Below, one piece after another: positions 15,001 to 27,000 of a stretch of 64,000 bases of DNA (within the stretch, counting starts at the first letter, position 1; every line of letters starts with the position of its first letter). This DNA is from Squalus acanthias (taxonomy: Eukaryota). Location of the stretch: positions 89,158,001 to 89,222,000 of the forward strand of contig CM059432.1 of the NCBI GenBank assembly GCA_030390025.1, given 5' to 3'. A model generated the notes under the pieces. That model ran no database searches. It was not told where the DNA came from and saw nothing but the letters and a program-made list of their open reading frames with translations. A program made the position numbers and the translations under genes.

Positions 15001-18000
15001 TTGAGGTGGGATGGTCTGAGTTGGGATGGTTTGAGGTGGGATAGTTTGAGTTGCGATGGTTTGAGTTGGGATAGTTTGAGGTGCGATGGTTTGAGGTGGG
15101 ATGGTTTGAGGTGCGATGGTTTGAGATGCGATGGTTTGAGATGCGATGGTTTGAGGTGGGATGGTTTGAGTTGCGATGGTTTGAGGTGGGATGGTTTGAG
15201 GTGGGATGGTTTGAGGTGGGATGGTTTGAGGTGGGATGGTTTGATGTGGGATGGTTTGAGGTGGGATGGTTTGAGCTGGGATGGTTTGAGGTGGGATGGT
15301 TTGAGGTGGGATGCTTTGAGGTGGGATGGTTTGAGGTGGGATGGTTTGAGGTGCGATGGTTTGAGGTGCGATGGTTTGAGGTGCGATGGTTTGAGGTGTG
15401 ATGGTTTGAGGTGGGATGGTTTGAGTTGCGATGGTTTGAGGTGGGATGGTTTGAGGTGCGATGGTTTGAGGTGGGATGGTTTGAGGTGCGATGGTTTCAG
15501 GTGCGATGGTTTGAGGTGCGATGGTTTGAGTTGCGATGGTTTGAGGTTTGATGGTTTGAGGTGCGATGGTTTGAGTTGCGATGGTTTGAGGTAGGATGGT
15601 TTGAGGTGCGATGGTTTGAGGTGGGATGGTTTGAGGTGCGATGGTTTGAGGTGGGATGGTTTGAGGTGGGATGGTTTGAGGTGGGATGGTTTGAGGTGCG
15701 ATGGTTTGAGGTGCGATGGTTTGAGGTGCGATGGTTTGAGGTGGGACGGTTTGAGATGCGATGGTATGAGTTGCGATGGTGTGAGATGCGATGGTTTGAG
15801 ATGCGATGGTTTGAGTTGCGATGGTTTGAGATGCGATGGTTTGAGGTGGGATGGTTTGAGATGCGATGGTTTGAGATGCGATGGTTTGAGATGCGATAGT
15901 TTGAGGTGCGATGGTTTGAGATGCGATTGATTGAGATGCGATGGTTTGAGTTGCAATGGTTTGAGGTGGGATGGTTTGAGGTGGGATGGTTTGTGGTGGG
16001 ATGTTTTGAGGTGGGATGGTTTGAGGTGGGATGGTTTGAGGTGGGATGGTTTGAGCTGGGATGGTTTGAGGTGGGATGGTTTGAGGTGGGATGGTTTGAG
16101 GTGGGATGGTTTGAGGTGGGATGGTTTGAGGTGGGATGGTTTGAGGTGCGATGGTTTGAGGTGGGATGGTTTGAGGTGGGATGGTTTGAGGTGAGATGGT
16201 TTGAGGTGGGATGGTTTGAGGTGGGATGGTTTGAGGTGGGATGGTTTGAGGTGCGATGGTTTGAGGTGGGATGGTTTGAGGTGGATGGTTTGAGGTGGCG
16301 ATGGTTTGAGGTGGGATGGTTTGAGGTGCGATGGTTTGAGGTGCGATGGTTTGAGGTGCGATGGTTTGAGGTGGCGATGGTTTGAGGTGGGATGGTTTGA
16401 GGTGCGATGGTTTGAGTGGGATGGTTTGAGGTGGGATGGTTTGAGGTGGGATGGTTTGAGTTGGATGGTTTGAGGTGCGATGGTTTGAGGTGGGATGGTT
16501 TGAGTGGCGATGGTTTGAGGTGGGATGGTTTGAGGTGCGATGGTTTGAGCTGGGATGGTTTGAGGTGGGATGGTTTGAGTTGCGATGGTTTGAGGTTTGA
16601 GGTGCGATGGTTTGAGGTGGATGGTTTGAGGTGCGATGGTTTGAGGTGCGATGGTTTGAGGTGGGATGGTTTGAGGTGGGATGGTTTGAGGTGGGATGGT
16701 TTGAGGTGCGATGGTTTGAGGTGGGATGGTTTGAGGTGGATGGTTTGAGGTGGATGGTTTGAGGTGGGATGGTTTGAGGTGCGATGGTTTGAGGTGGATG
16801 GTTTGAGGTGCGATGGTTTGAGGTGCGATGGTTTGAGGTGCGATGGTTTGAGGTGCGATGGTTTGAGGTGGATGGTTTGAGGTGGATGGTTTGAGGTGCG
16901 ATGGTTTGAGGTGCGATGGTTTGAGGTGCGATGGTTTGAGGTGCGATGGTTTGAGGTGCGATGGTTTGAGGTGGGATGGTTTGAGGTGCGATGGTTTGAG
17001 GTGCGATGGTTTGAGGTGCGATGGTTTGAGGTGCGATGGTTTGAGGTGCGATGGTTTGAGGTGGATGGTTTGAGGTGGGATGGTTTGAGGTGGGATGGTT
17101 TGAGGTGCGATGGTTTGAGGTGCGATGGTTTGAGGTGCGATGGTTTGAGGTGGATGGTTTGAGTTGCGATGGTTTGAGGTGCGATGGTTTGAGGTGCGAT
17201 GGTTGAGGTGCGATGGTTTGAGGTGGATGGTTTGAGGTGGGATGGTTTGAGGTGGATGGTTTGAGGTGGATGGTTTGAGTTGCGATGGTTTGAGGTGGAT
17301 GGTTTGAGGTGCGATGGTTTGAGGTGCGATGGTTTGAGGTGCGATGGTTTGAGGTGCGATGGTTTGAGGTGCGATGGTTTGAGGTGGATGGTTTGAGGTG
17401 CGATGGTTTGAGGTGCGATGGTTTGAGGTGGGATGGTTTGAGGTGCGATGGTTTGAGGTGGGATGGTTTGAGGTGCGATGGTTTGAGGTGGGATGGTTTG
17501 AGGTGGGATGGTTTGAGATGCGATGGTTGAGGTGGATGGTTTGAGTGCGATGGTTTGAGGTGTGATGGTTTGAGGTGCGATGGTTTGAGGTGCGATGGTT
17601 TGAGTTGCGATGGTTTGAGGTGGGATGGTTTGAGGTGGGATGGTTTGAGGTGCGATGGTTTGAGGTGCGATGGTTTGAGGTGCGATGGTTTGAGGTGCGA
17701 TGGTTTGAGGTGCGATGGTTTGAGGTGCGATGGTTTGAGGTGCGATGGTTTGAGGTGGATGGTTTGAGGTGCGATGGTTTGAGGTGCGATGGTTTGAGGT
17801 GCGATGGTTTGAGGTGGGATGGTTTGAGGTGCGATGGTTTGAGGTGCGATGGTTTGAGGTGGGATGGTTTGAGGTGCGATGGTTTGAGGTGGGATGGTTT
17901 GAGGTGCGATGGTTTGAGGTGGGATGGTTTGAGGTGGGATGGTTTGAGGTGGGATGGTTTGAGGTGCGATGGTTTGAGGTGCGATGGTTTGAGGTGGGAT

Positions 18001-21000
18001 GGTTTGAGGTGCGATGGTTTGAGGTGCGATGGTTTGAGGTGCGATGGTTTGAGGTGGGATGGTTTGAGGTGGGATGGTTTGAGGTGCGATGGTTTGAGGT
18101 GGGATGGTTTGAGGTGCGATGGTTTGAGGTGGGATGGTTTGAGGTGCGATGGTTTGAGGTGCGATGGTTTGAGGTGGGATGGTTTGAGTTGCGATGGTTT
18201 GAGATGCGATGGTTTGAGGTGCGATGGTTTGAGTTGCGATGGTTTGAGGTGCGATGGTTTGAGTTGCGATGGTTTGAGGTGGGATGGTTTGAGGTGCGAT
18301 GGTTTGAGGTGGATGGTTTGAGGTGCGATGGTTTGAGGTGGGATGGTTTGAGGTGCGATGGTTTGAGGTGGATGGTTTGAGGTGGATGGTTTGAGGTGGA
18401 TGGTTTGAGGTGCGATGGTTTGAGGTGCGATGGTTTGAGGTGGATGGTTTGAGGTGCGATGGTTTGAGGTGCGATGGTTTGAGGTGCGATGGTTTGAGGT
18501 GGGATGGTTTGAGGTGCGATGGTTTGAGGTGCGATGGTTTGAGGTGGATGGTTTGAGGTGCGATGGTTTGAGGTGCGATGGTTTGAGGTGGGATGGTTTG
18601 AGGTGCGATGGTTTGAGGTGCGATGGTTTGAGTTGCGATGGTTTGAGGTGCGATGGTTTGAGGTGCGATGGTTTGAGGTGGGATGGTTTGAGTTGCGATG
18701 GTTTGAGTGCGATGGTTTGAGGTGCGATGGTTTGAGGTGCGATGGTTTGAGGTGGGATGGTTTGAGGTGCGATGGTTTGAGTTGCGATGGTTTGAGATGC
18801 GATGGTTTGAGGTGCGATGGTTTGAGGTGCGATGGTTTGAGATGCGATGGTTTGAGGTGGGATGGTTTGAGGTGCGATGGTTTGAGGTGGGATGGTTTGA
18901 GGTGGGATGGTTTGAGGTGGGATGGTTTGAGGTGCGATGGTTTGAGGTGCGATGGTTTGAGGTGCGATGGTTTGAGGTGCGATGGTTTGAGGTGCGATGG
19001 TTTGAGGTGCGATGGTTTGAGATGCGATGGTTTGAGGTGCGATGGTTTGAGGTGGGATGGTTTGAGGTGGGATGGTTTGAGTTGCGATGGTTTGAGGTGG
19101 GATGGTTTGAGGTGCGATGGTTTGAGTTGCGATGGTTTTGAGTGCGATGGTTTGAGGTGGGATGGTTTGAGGTGCGATGGTTTGAGGTGCGATGGTTTGA
19201 GGTGGGATGGTTTGAGGTGGGATGGTTTGAGTTGCGATGGTTTGAGGTGCGATGGTTTGAGGTGGGATGGTTTGAGGTGCGATGGTTTGAGGTGGATGGT
19301 TTGAGGTGGGATGGTTTGAGGTGCGATGGTTTGAGGTGCGATGGTTTGAGGTGCGATGGTTTGAGGTGGGATGGTTTGAGGTGCGATGGTTTGAGGTGGG
19401 ATGGTTTGATGGTGGGATGGTTTGAGTGTGGATGGTTTGAGGTGCGATGGTTTGAGGTTGCGATGGTTTGAGGTGCGATGGTTTGAGGTGCGATGGTTTG
19501 AGATGCGATGGTTTGAGGGATGGTTGAGTGCGATGGTTTGAGGTGCGATGGTTTGAGGTGGGATGGTTTGAGGTGCGATGGTTTGAGATGCGATGGTTTG
19601 AGGTGCGATGGTTTGAGGTGCGATGGTTTGAGGTGCGATGGTTTGAGGTGCGATGGTTTGAGGTGCGATGGTTTGAGGTGCGATGGTTTGAGGAGGGATG
19701 GTTTGAGGTGCGATGGTTTGAGGTGCGATGGTTTGAGGTGGGATGGTTTGAGGTGCGATGGTTTGAGGTGGGATGGTTTGAGGTGCGATGGTTTGAGGTG
19801 CGATGGTTTGAGGTGCGATGGTTTGAGTTGCGATGGTTTGAGATGCGATGGTTTGAGGTGCGATGGTTTGAGTTGCGATGGTTTGAGTTGCGATGGTTTG
19901 AGGTGCGATGGTTTGAGGTGCGATGGTTTGAGTTGCGATGGTTTGAGGTGCGATGGTTTGAGGTGCGATGGTTTGAGGTGCGATGGTTTGAGGTGGGATG
20001 GTTTGAGTTGCGATGGTTTGAGGTGGGATGGTTTGAGGTGCGATGGTTTGAGGTGGGATGGTTTGAGGTGCGATGGTTTGAGGTGCGATGGTTTGAGGTG
20101 CGATGGTTTGAGGTGGGATGGTTTGAGGTGGGATGGTTTGAGGTGGGATGGTTTGAGTTGCGATGGTTTGAGGTGCGATGGTTTGAGGTGGGATGGTTTG
20201 AGGTGGGATGGTTTGAGGTGGGATGGTTTGAGTTGCGATGGTTTGAGGTGGGATGGTTTGAGGTGCGATGGTTTGAGATGCGATGGTTTGAGGTGGGATA
20301 GTTTGAGGTGGGATGGTTTGAGGTGCGATGGTTTGAGGTGCGATGGTTTGAGGTGGGATGGTTTGAGGTGCGATGGTTTGAGGTGGGATGGTTTGAGGTG
20401 GGATGGTTTGAGGTGGGATGGTTTGAGGTGGGATGGTTTGAGGTGCGATGGTTTGAGTTGCGATGGTTTGAGGTGGGATGGTTTGAGGTGCGATGGTTTG
20501 AGTTGGGATTGTTTGAGGTGGGATGGTTTGAGTTGCGATGGTTTGAGGTGGGATGGTTTGAGTTGCGATGGTTTGAGGTGGGATGGTTTGAGGTGGGATG
20601 GTTTGAGGTGCGATGGTTTGAGGTGCGATGGTTTGAGTTGCGATGGTTTGAGGTGCGATGGTTTGAGGTGCGATGGTTTGAGGTGCGATGGTTTGAGGTG
20701 GATGGTTTGAGGTGCGATGGTTTGAGGTGCGATGGTTTGAGATGCGATGGTTTGAGTTGCGATGGTTTGAGTTGCGATGGTTTGAGATGCGATGGTTTGA
20801 GGTGGATGGTTTGAGTTGCGATGGTTTGAGGTGGGATGGTTTGAGGTGGATGGTTTGAGGTGCGATGGTTTGAGGTGCGATGGTTTGAGTTGGGATGGTT
20901 TGAGGTGGATGGTTTGAGATGCGATGGTTTGAGATGCGATGGTTTGAGATGCGATGGTTTGAGATGCGATGGTTTGAGGTGCGATGGTTTGAGATGCGAT

Positions 21001-24000
21001 GGTTTGAGATGGATGGTTTGAGTTGCGATGGTTTGAGGTGGGATGGTTTGAGGTGGCGATGCTTTGAGGTGCGATGGTTTGAGGTGAGATGGTTTGAGGT
21101 GCGATGGTTTGAGGTGGGATGGTTTGAGGTGAGATGGTTTGAGGTGGGATGGTTTGAGGTGCGATGGTTTGAGGTGAGATGATTTGAGGTGGGATGGTTT
21201 GAGGTGGGATGGTTTGAGGTGGGATGGTTTGAGGTGCGATGGTTTGAGGTGGATGGTTTGATGTGCGATGGTTTGAGGTGGGATGGTTTGAGGTGGGATG
21301 GTTTGAGGTGCGATGGTTTGAGGTGCGATGGTTTGAGGTGCGATGGTTTGAGGTGGGATGGTTTGAGGTGCGATGGTTTGAGGTGGGATGGTTTGAGGTG
21401 GGATGGTTTGAGGTGCGATGGTTTGAGGTGGGATGGTTTGAGGTGGATGGTTTGAGGTGCGATGGTTTGAGGTGGATGGTTTGAGGTGCGATGGTTTGAG
21501 GTGCGATGGTTTGAGGTGCGATGGTTTGAGGTGGGATGGTTTGAGGTGCGATGGTTTGAGGTGCGATGGTTTGAGGTGCGATGGTTTGAGGTGCGATGGT
21601 TTGAGGTGCGATGGTTTGAGGTGCGATGGTTTGAGGTGCGATGGTTTGAGGTGGATGGTTTGAGTTGCGATGGTTTGAGGTGCGATGGTTTGAGGTGGGA
21701 TGGTTTGAGGTGCGATGGTTTGAGGTGCGATGGTTTGAGGTGGGATGGTTTGAGGTGGGATGGTTTGAGGTGCGATGGTTTGAGGTGGGATGGTTTGAGT
21801 TGCGATGGTTTGAGGTGCGATGGTTTGAGGTGGGATGGTTTGAGGTGGGATGGTTTGAGGTGGGATGGTTTGAGTTGCGATGGTTTGAGGTGGGATGGTT
21901 TGAGGTGCGATGGTTTGAGATGCGATGGTTTGAGGTGGGATGGTTTGAGGTGGATGGTTTGAGGTGCGATGGTTTGAGGTGCGATGGTTTGAGGTGGGAT
22001 GGTTTGAGGTGCGATGGTTGAGGTGGGATGGTTTGAGGTGATGGTTTGAGGTGGGATGGTTTGAGGTGGGATGGTTTGAGGTGCGATGGTTTGAGGTGCG
22101 ATGTTTGAGGTGGGATGGTTTGAGGTGGGATGGTTTGAGGTGGGATGGTTTGAGGTGCGATGGTTTGAGGTGCGATGGTTTGAGTTGCGATGGTTTGAGG
22201 TGCGATGGTTTGAGGTGCGATGGTTTGAGGTGGGATGGTTTGAGGTGCGATGGTTTGAGGTGCGATGGTTTGAGGTGGGATGGTTTGAGGTGCGATGGTT
22301 TGAGGTGGGATGGTTTGAGTGCGATGGTTTGGTGGGATGGTTTGAGGTGCGATGGTTTGAGGTGGATGGTTTGAGGTGCGATGGTTTGAGGTGGGATGGT
22401 TTGAGGTGCGATGGTTTGAGGTGGGATGGTTTGAGGTGCGATGGTTTGAGGTGGATGGTTTGAGTTTGAGGTGGATGGTTTGAGGTGGGATGGTTTGAGG
22501 TGGGATGGTTTGAGGTGGGATGGTTTGAGGTGGGATGGTTTGAGGTGGGATGGTTTGAGGTGCGATGGTTTGAGGTGCGATGGTTTGAGGTGCGATGGTT
22601 TGAGGTGGGATGGTTTGAGGTGCGATGGTTTGAGTGCGATGGTTTGAGGTGGGATGGTTTGAGGTGCGATGGTTTGAGGTGGGATGGTTTGAGGTGCGAT
22701 GGTTTGAGGTGCGATGGTTTGAGGTGCGATGGTTTGAGGTGCGATGGTTTGAGGTGCGATGGTTTGAGTTGCGATGGTTTGAGGTGCGATGGTTTGAGGT
22801 GGGATGGTTTGAGGTGCGATGGTTTGAGGTGGGATGGTTTGAGGTGCGATGGTTTGAGGTGCGATGGTTTGAGGTGCGATGGTTTGAGGTGCGATGGTTT
22901 GAGGTGGATGGTTTGAGGTGCGATGGTTTGAGGTGGGATGGTTTGAGGTGCGATGGTTTGAGGTGCGATGGTTTGAGGTGCGATGGTTTGAGGTGGGATG
23001 GTTTGAGTTGCGATGGTTTGAGGTGGGATGGTTTGAGGTGGGATGGTTTGAGGTGCGATGGTTTGAGGTGGGATGGTTTGAGGTGCGATGTTTGAGGTGC
23101 GATGGTTTGAGGTGCGATGGTTTGAGGTGGGATGGTTTGAGGTGGGATGGTTTGAGTTGCGATGGTTTGAGGTGGGATGGTTTGAGGTGCGATGGTTTGA
23201 GTTGCGATGGTTTGAGTTGCGATGGTTTGAGGTGGGATGGTTTGAGGTGCGATGGTTTGAGGTGGGATTGTTTGAGGTGGGATGGTTTGAGTTGCGATGG
23301 TTTGAGGTGGGATGGTTTGAGTTGCGATGGTTTGAGGTGGGATGGTTTGAGGTGGGATGGTTTGAGGTGCGATGGTTTGAGGTGCGATGGTTTGAGTTGC
23401 GATGGTTTGAGGTGCGATGGTTTGAGGTGGGATGATTTGAGTTGGGATGGTTTGAGGTGGATCGTTTGAGGTGGGATGGTTTGAGGTGCGATGGTTTGAG
23501 GTGGATGGTTTGAGGTGGGATGGTTTGAGGTGCGATGGTTTGAGGTGGGATGGTTTGAGGTGGGATGGTTTGAGATGCGATGGTTTGAGATGCGATGGTT
23601 TGAGGTGGGATGGTTTGAGGTGGGATGGTTTGAGATGCGATGGTTTGAGATGCGATGGTTTGAGTTGCGATGGTTTGAGGTGGGATGGTTTGAGGTGCGA
23701 TGGTTTGAGGTGGGATGGTTTGAGGTGCGATGGTCTGAGTTGCGATGGTTTGAGATGGGATGGTTTGAGTTGCGATGGTTTGAGGCGGGATGGTTTGAGG
23801 TGCGATGGTTTGAGTTGCGATGGTTTGAGGTGCGATGGTTTGAGGTGCGATGGTTTGAGGTGGGATGGTTTGAGTTGCGATGGTTTGAGATGCGATGGTT
23901 TGAGGTGCGATGGTTTGAGGTGCGATTGTTTGAGGTGGGATGGTTTGAGATGCGATGGTTTGAGTTGCGATGGTTTGAGATGCGATGGTTTGAGATGCGA

Positions 24001-27000
24001 TGGTTTGAGTTGCGATGGTTTGAGATGCGATGGTTTGAGGTGGGATGGTTTGAGTTGCGATGGTTTGAGGTGGGATGGTTTGAGTTGGGATGGTTTGAGG
24101 TGGATGGTTTGAGATGCGATGGTTTGAGATGCGATGGTTTGAGATGCGATGGTTTGAGATGCGATGGTTTGAGGTGCGATGGTTTGAGATGCGATGGATT
24201 GAGATGCGATGGTTTGAGTTGCGATGGTTTGAGGTGGGATGGTTTGAGGTGGGATGCTTTGAGTTGCGATGGTTTGAGGTGAGATGGTTTGAGGTGCGAT
24301 GGTTTGAGGTGGGATGGTTTGAGGTGAGATGGTTTGAGGTGGGAAGGTTTGAGGTGCGATGGTTTGAGGTGAGATGATTTGAGTTGGGATGGTTTGAGGT
24401 GTGATGGTTTGAGGTGGGATAGTTTGAGGTGCGATGGTTTGAGGTGGGATGGTTTGATGTGCGATGGTTTGAGGTGGGATGGTTTGAGGTGGGATGGTTT
24501 GAGGTGCGATGGTTTGAGGTGGGATGGTTTGAGGTGCGATGGTTTGAGGTGGGATGGTTTGAGGTGCGATGGGTTGAGGTGGGATGGTTTGAGGTGGGAT
24601 GGTTTGAGGTGCGATGGTTTGAGGTGCGATGGTTTGAGGTGGGATGGTTTGAGGTGCGATGGTTTGAGGTGCGATGGTTTGAGGTGCGATGGTTTGAGGT
24701 GGGATGGTTTGAGGTGCGATGGTTTGAGGTGGGATGGTTTGAGGTGGGATGGTTTGAGATGGTATGGTTTGAGGTGCGATGGTTTGAGGTGCGATGGTTT
24801 GAGGTGTGATGGTTTGAGGTGCGATGGTTTGAGGTGCGATGGTTTGAGGTGCTATGGTTTGAGATGGGATGGTTTGAGGTGCGATGGTTTGAGGTGCGAT
24901 GGTTTGAGGTGGGATGGTTTGAGTTGCGATGGTTTGAGATGCGATGGTTTGAGGTGCGATGGTTTGAGTTGCGATGGTTTGAGTTGCGATGGTTTGAGGT
25001 GGGATGGTTTGAGGTGCGATGGTTTGAGTTACGATGGTATGAGGTGCGATGGTTTGAGTTGCGATGGTTTGAGTTGCGATGGTTTGAGGTGGGATGGTTT
25101 GAGTTGCGATGGTTTGAGGTGGGATGGTTTGAGGTGCGATGGTTTGAGGTGGGATGGTTTGAGGTGCGATGGTTTGAGGTGCGATGGATTGAGGTGGGAT
25201 GGTTTGAGGTGGGATGGTTTGAGGTGGGATGGTTTGAGGTGGGATGGTTTGAGTTGCGATGGTTTGAGGCGCGATGGTTTGAGGTGGGATGGTTTGAGGT
25301 GGGATTGTTTGAGGTGGGATGGTTTGAGTTGCGATGGTTTGAGGTGGGATGGTTTGAGGTGCGATGGTTTGAGATGCGATGGTTTGAGGTGGGATAGTTT
25401 GAGGTGGGATAGTTTGAGGTGCGATGGTTTGAGGTGCGATGCTTTGAGGTGGGATAGTTTGAGGTGCGATGGTTTGAGGTGGGATGGTTTGAGGTGGGAT
25501 GGTTTGAGGTGGGATGGTTTGAGCTGGGATGGTTTGAGGTGCGATGGTTTGAGTTGCGATGGTTTGAGGTGGGATGGTTTGAGGTGCGATGGTTTGAGGT
25601 GGGATTGTTTGAGGTGGGATGGTTTGAGTTGCGATGGTTTGAGGTGGGATGGTTTGAGTTGCGATGGTTTGAGGTGGGATGGTTTGAGGCGGGATGGTTT
25701 GAGGTGCGATGGTTTGAGGTGCGATGGTTTGAGTTGCGATGGTTTGAGGTGGGATGGTTTGAGTTGCGATGGTTTGAGGTGCGATGGTTTGAGGTGCGAT
25801 GGTTTGAGGTGGGATGGTTTGAGATGCGATGGTTTGAGTTGCGATGGTTTGAGATGCGATGGTTTGAGATGCGATGGTTTGAGTTGCGATGGTTTGAGAT
25901 GCGATGGTTTGAGGTGGGATGGTTTGAGTTGCGATGGTTTGAGGTGGGATGGTTTGAGTTGGGATGGTTTGAGGTGGAATGGTTTGAGATGCGATGGTTT
26001 GAGATGCGATGGTTTGAGATGCGATTGTTTGAGATGCGACAGTTTGAGGTGCGATGGTTTGAGATGCGATGGATTGAGATGCGATGGTTTGAGTTGCGAT
26101 GGTTTGAGGTGGGATGGTTTGAGGTGGGATGCTTTGAGTTGCGATGGTTTGAGGTGAGATGGTTTGAGGTGCGATGGTTTGAGGTGGGATGGTTTGAGGT
26201 GAGATGGTTTGAGGTGGGAAGGTTTGAGGTGCGATGGTTTGAGGTGAGATGATTTGAGTTGGGATGGTTTGAGGTGGGATGGTTTGAGGTGGGATAGTTT
26301 GAGGTGCGATGGTTTGAGGTGGGATGGTTTGATGTGCGATGGTTTGAGGTGGGATGGTTTGAGGTGGGATGGTTTGAGGTGCGATGGTTTGAGGTGGGAT
26401 GGTTTGAGGTGCGATGGTTTGAGGTGGGATGGTTTGAGGTGCGATGGGTTGAGGTGGGATGGTTTGAGGTGGGATGGTTTGAGGTGCGATGGTTTGAGGT
26501 GCGATGGTTTGAGGTGGGATGGTTTGAGGTGCGATGGTTTGAGGTGCGATGGTTTGAGGTGCGATGGTTTGAGGTGGGATGGTTTGAGGTGCGATGGTTT
26601 GAGGTGGGATGGTTTGAGGTGGGATGGTTTGAGGTGCGATGGTTTGAGGTGTGATGGTTTGAGGTGCGATGGTTTGAGGTGTGATGGTTTGAGGTGCGAT
26701 GGTTTGAGCTGCGATGGTTTGAGGTGCTATGGTTTGAGATGGGATGGTTTGAGGTGCGATGGTTTGAGGTGCGATGGTTTGAGGTGGGATGGTTTGAGGT
26801 GCGATGGTTTGAGATGGATGGTTTGAGGTGCGATGGTTTGAGGTGCGATGGTTTGAGGTGGATGGTTTGAGGTGCGATGGTTTGAGGTGCGATGGTTTGA
26901 GGTGGGATGGTTTGAGGTGCGATGGTTTGAGGTGCGATGGTTTGAGGTGCGATGGTTTGAGGTGGGATGGTTTGAGGTGGGATGGTTTGAGGTGGGATGG

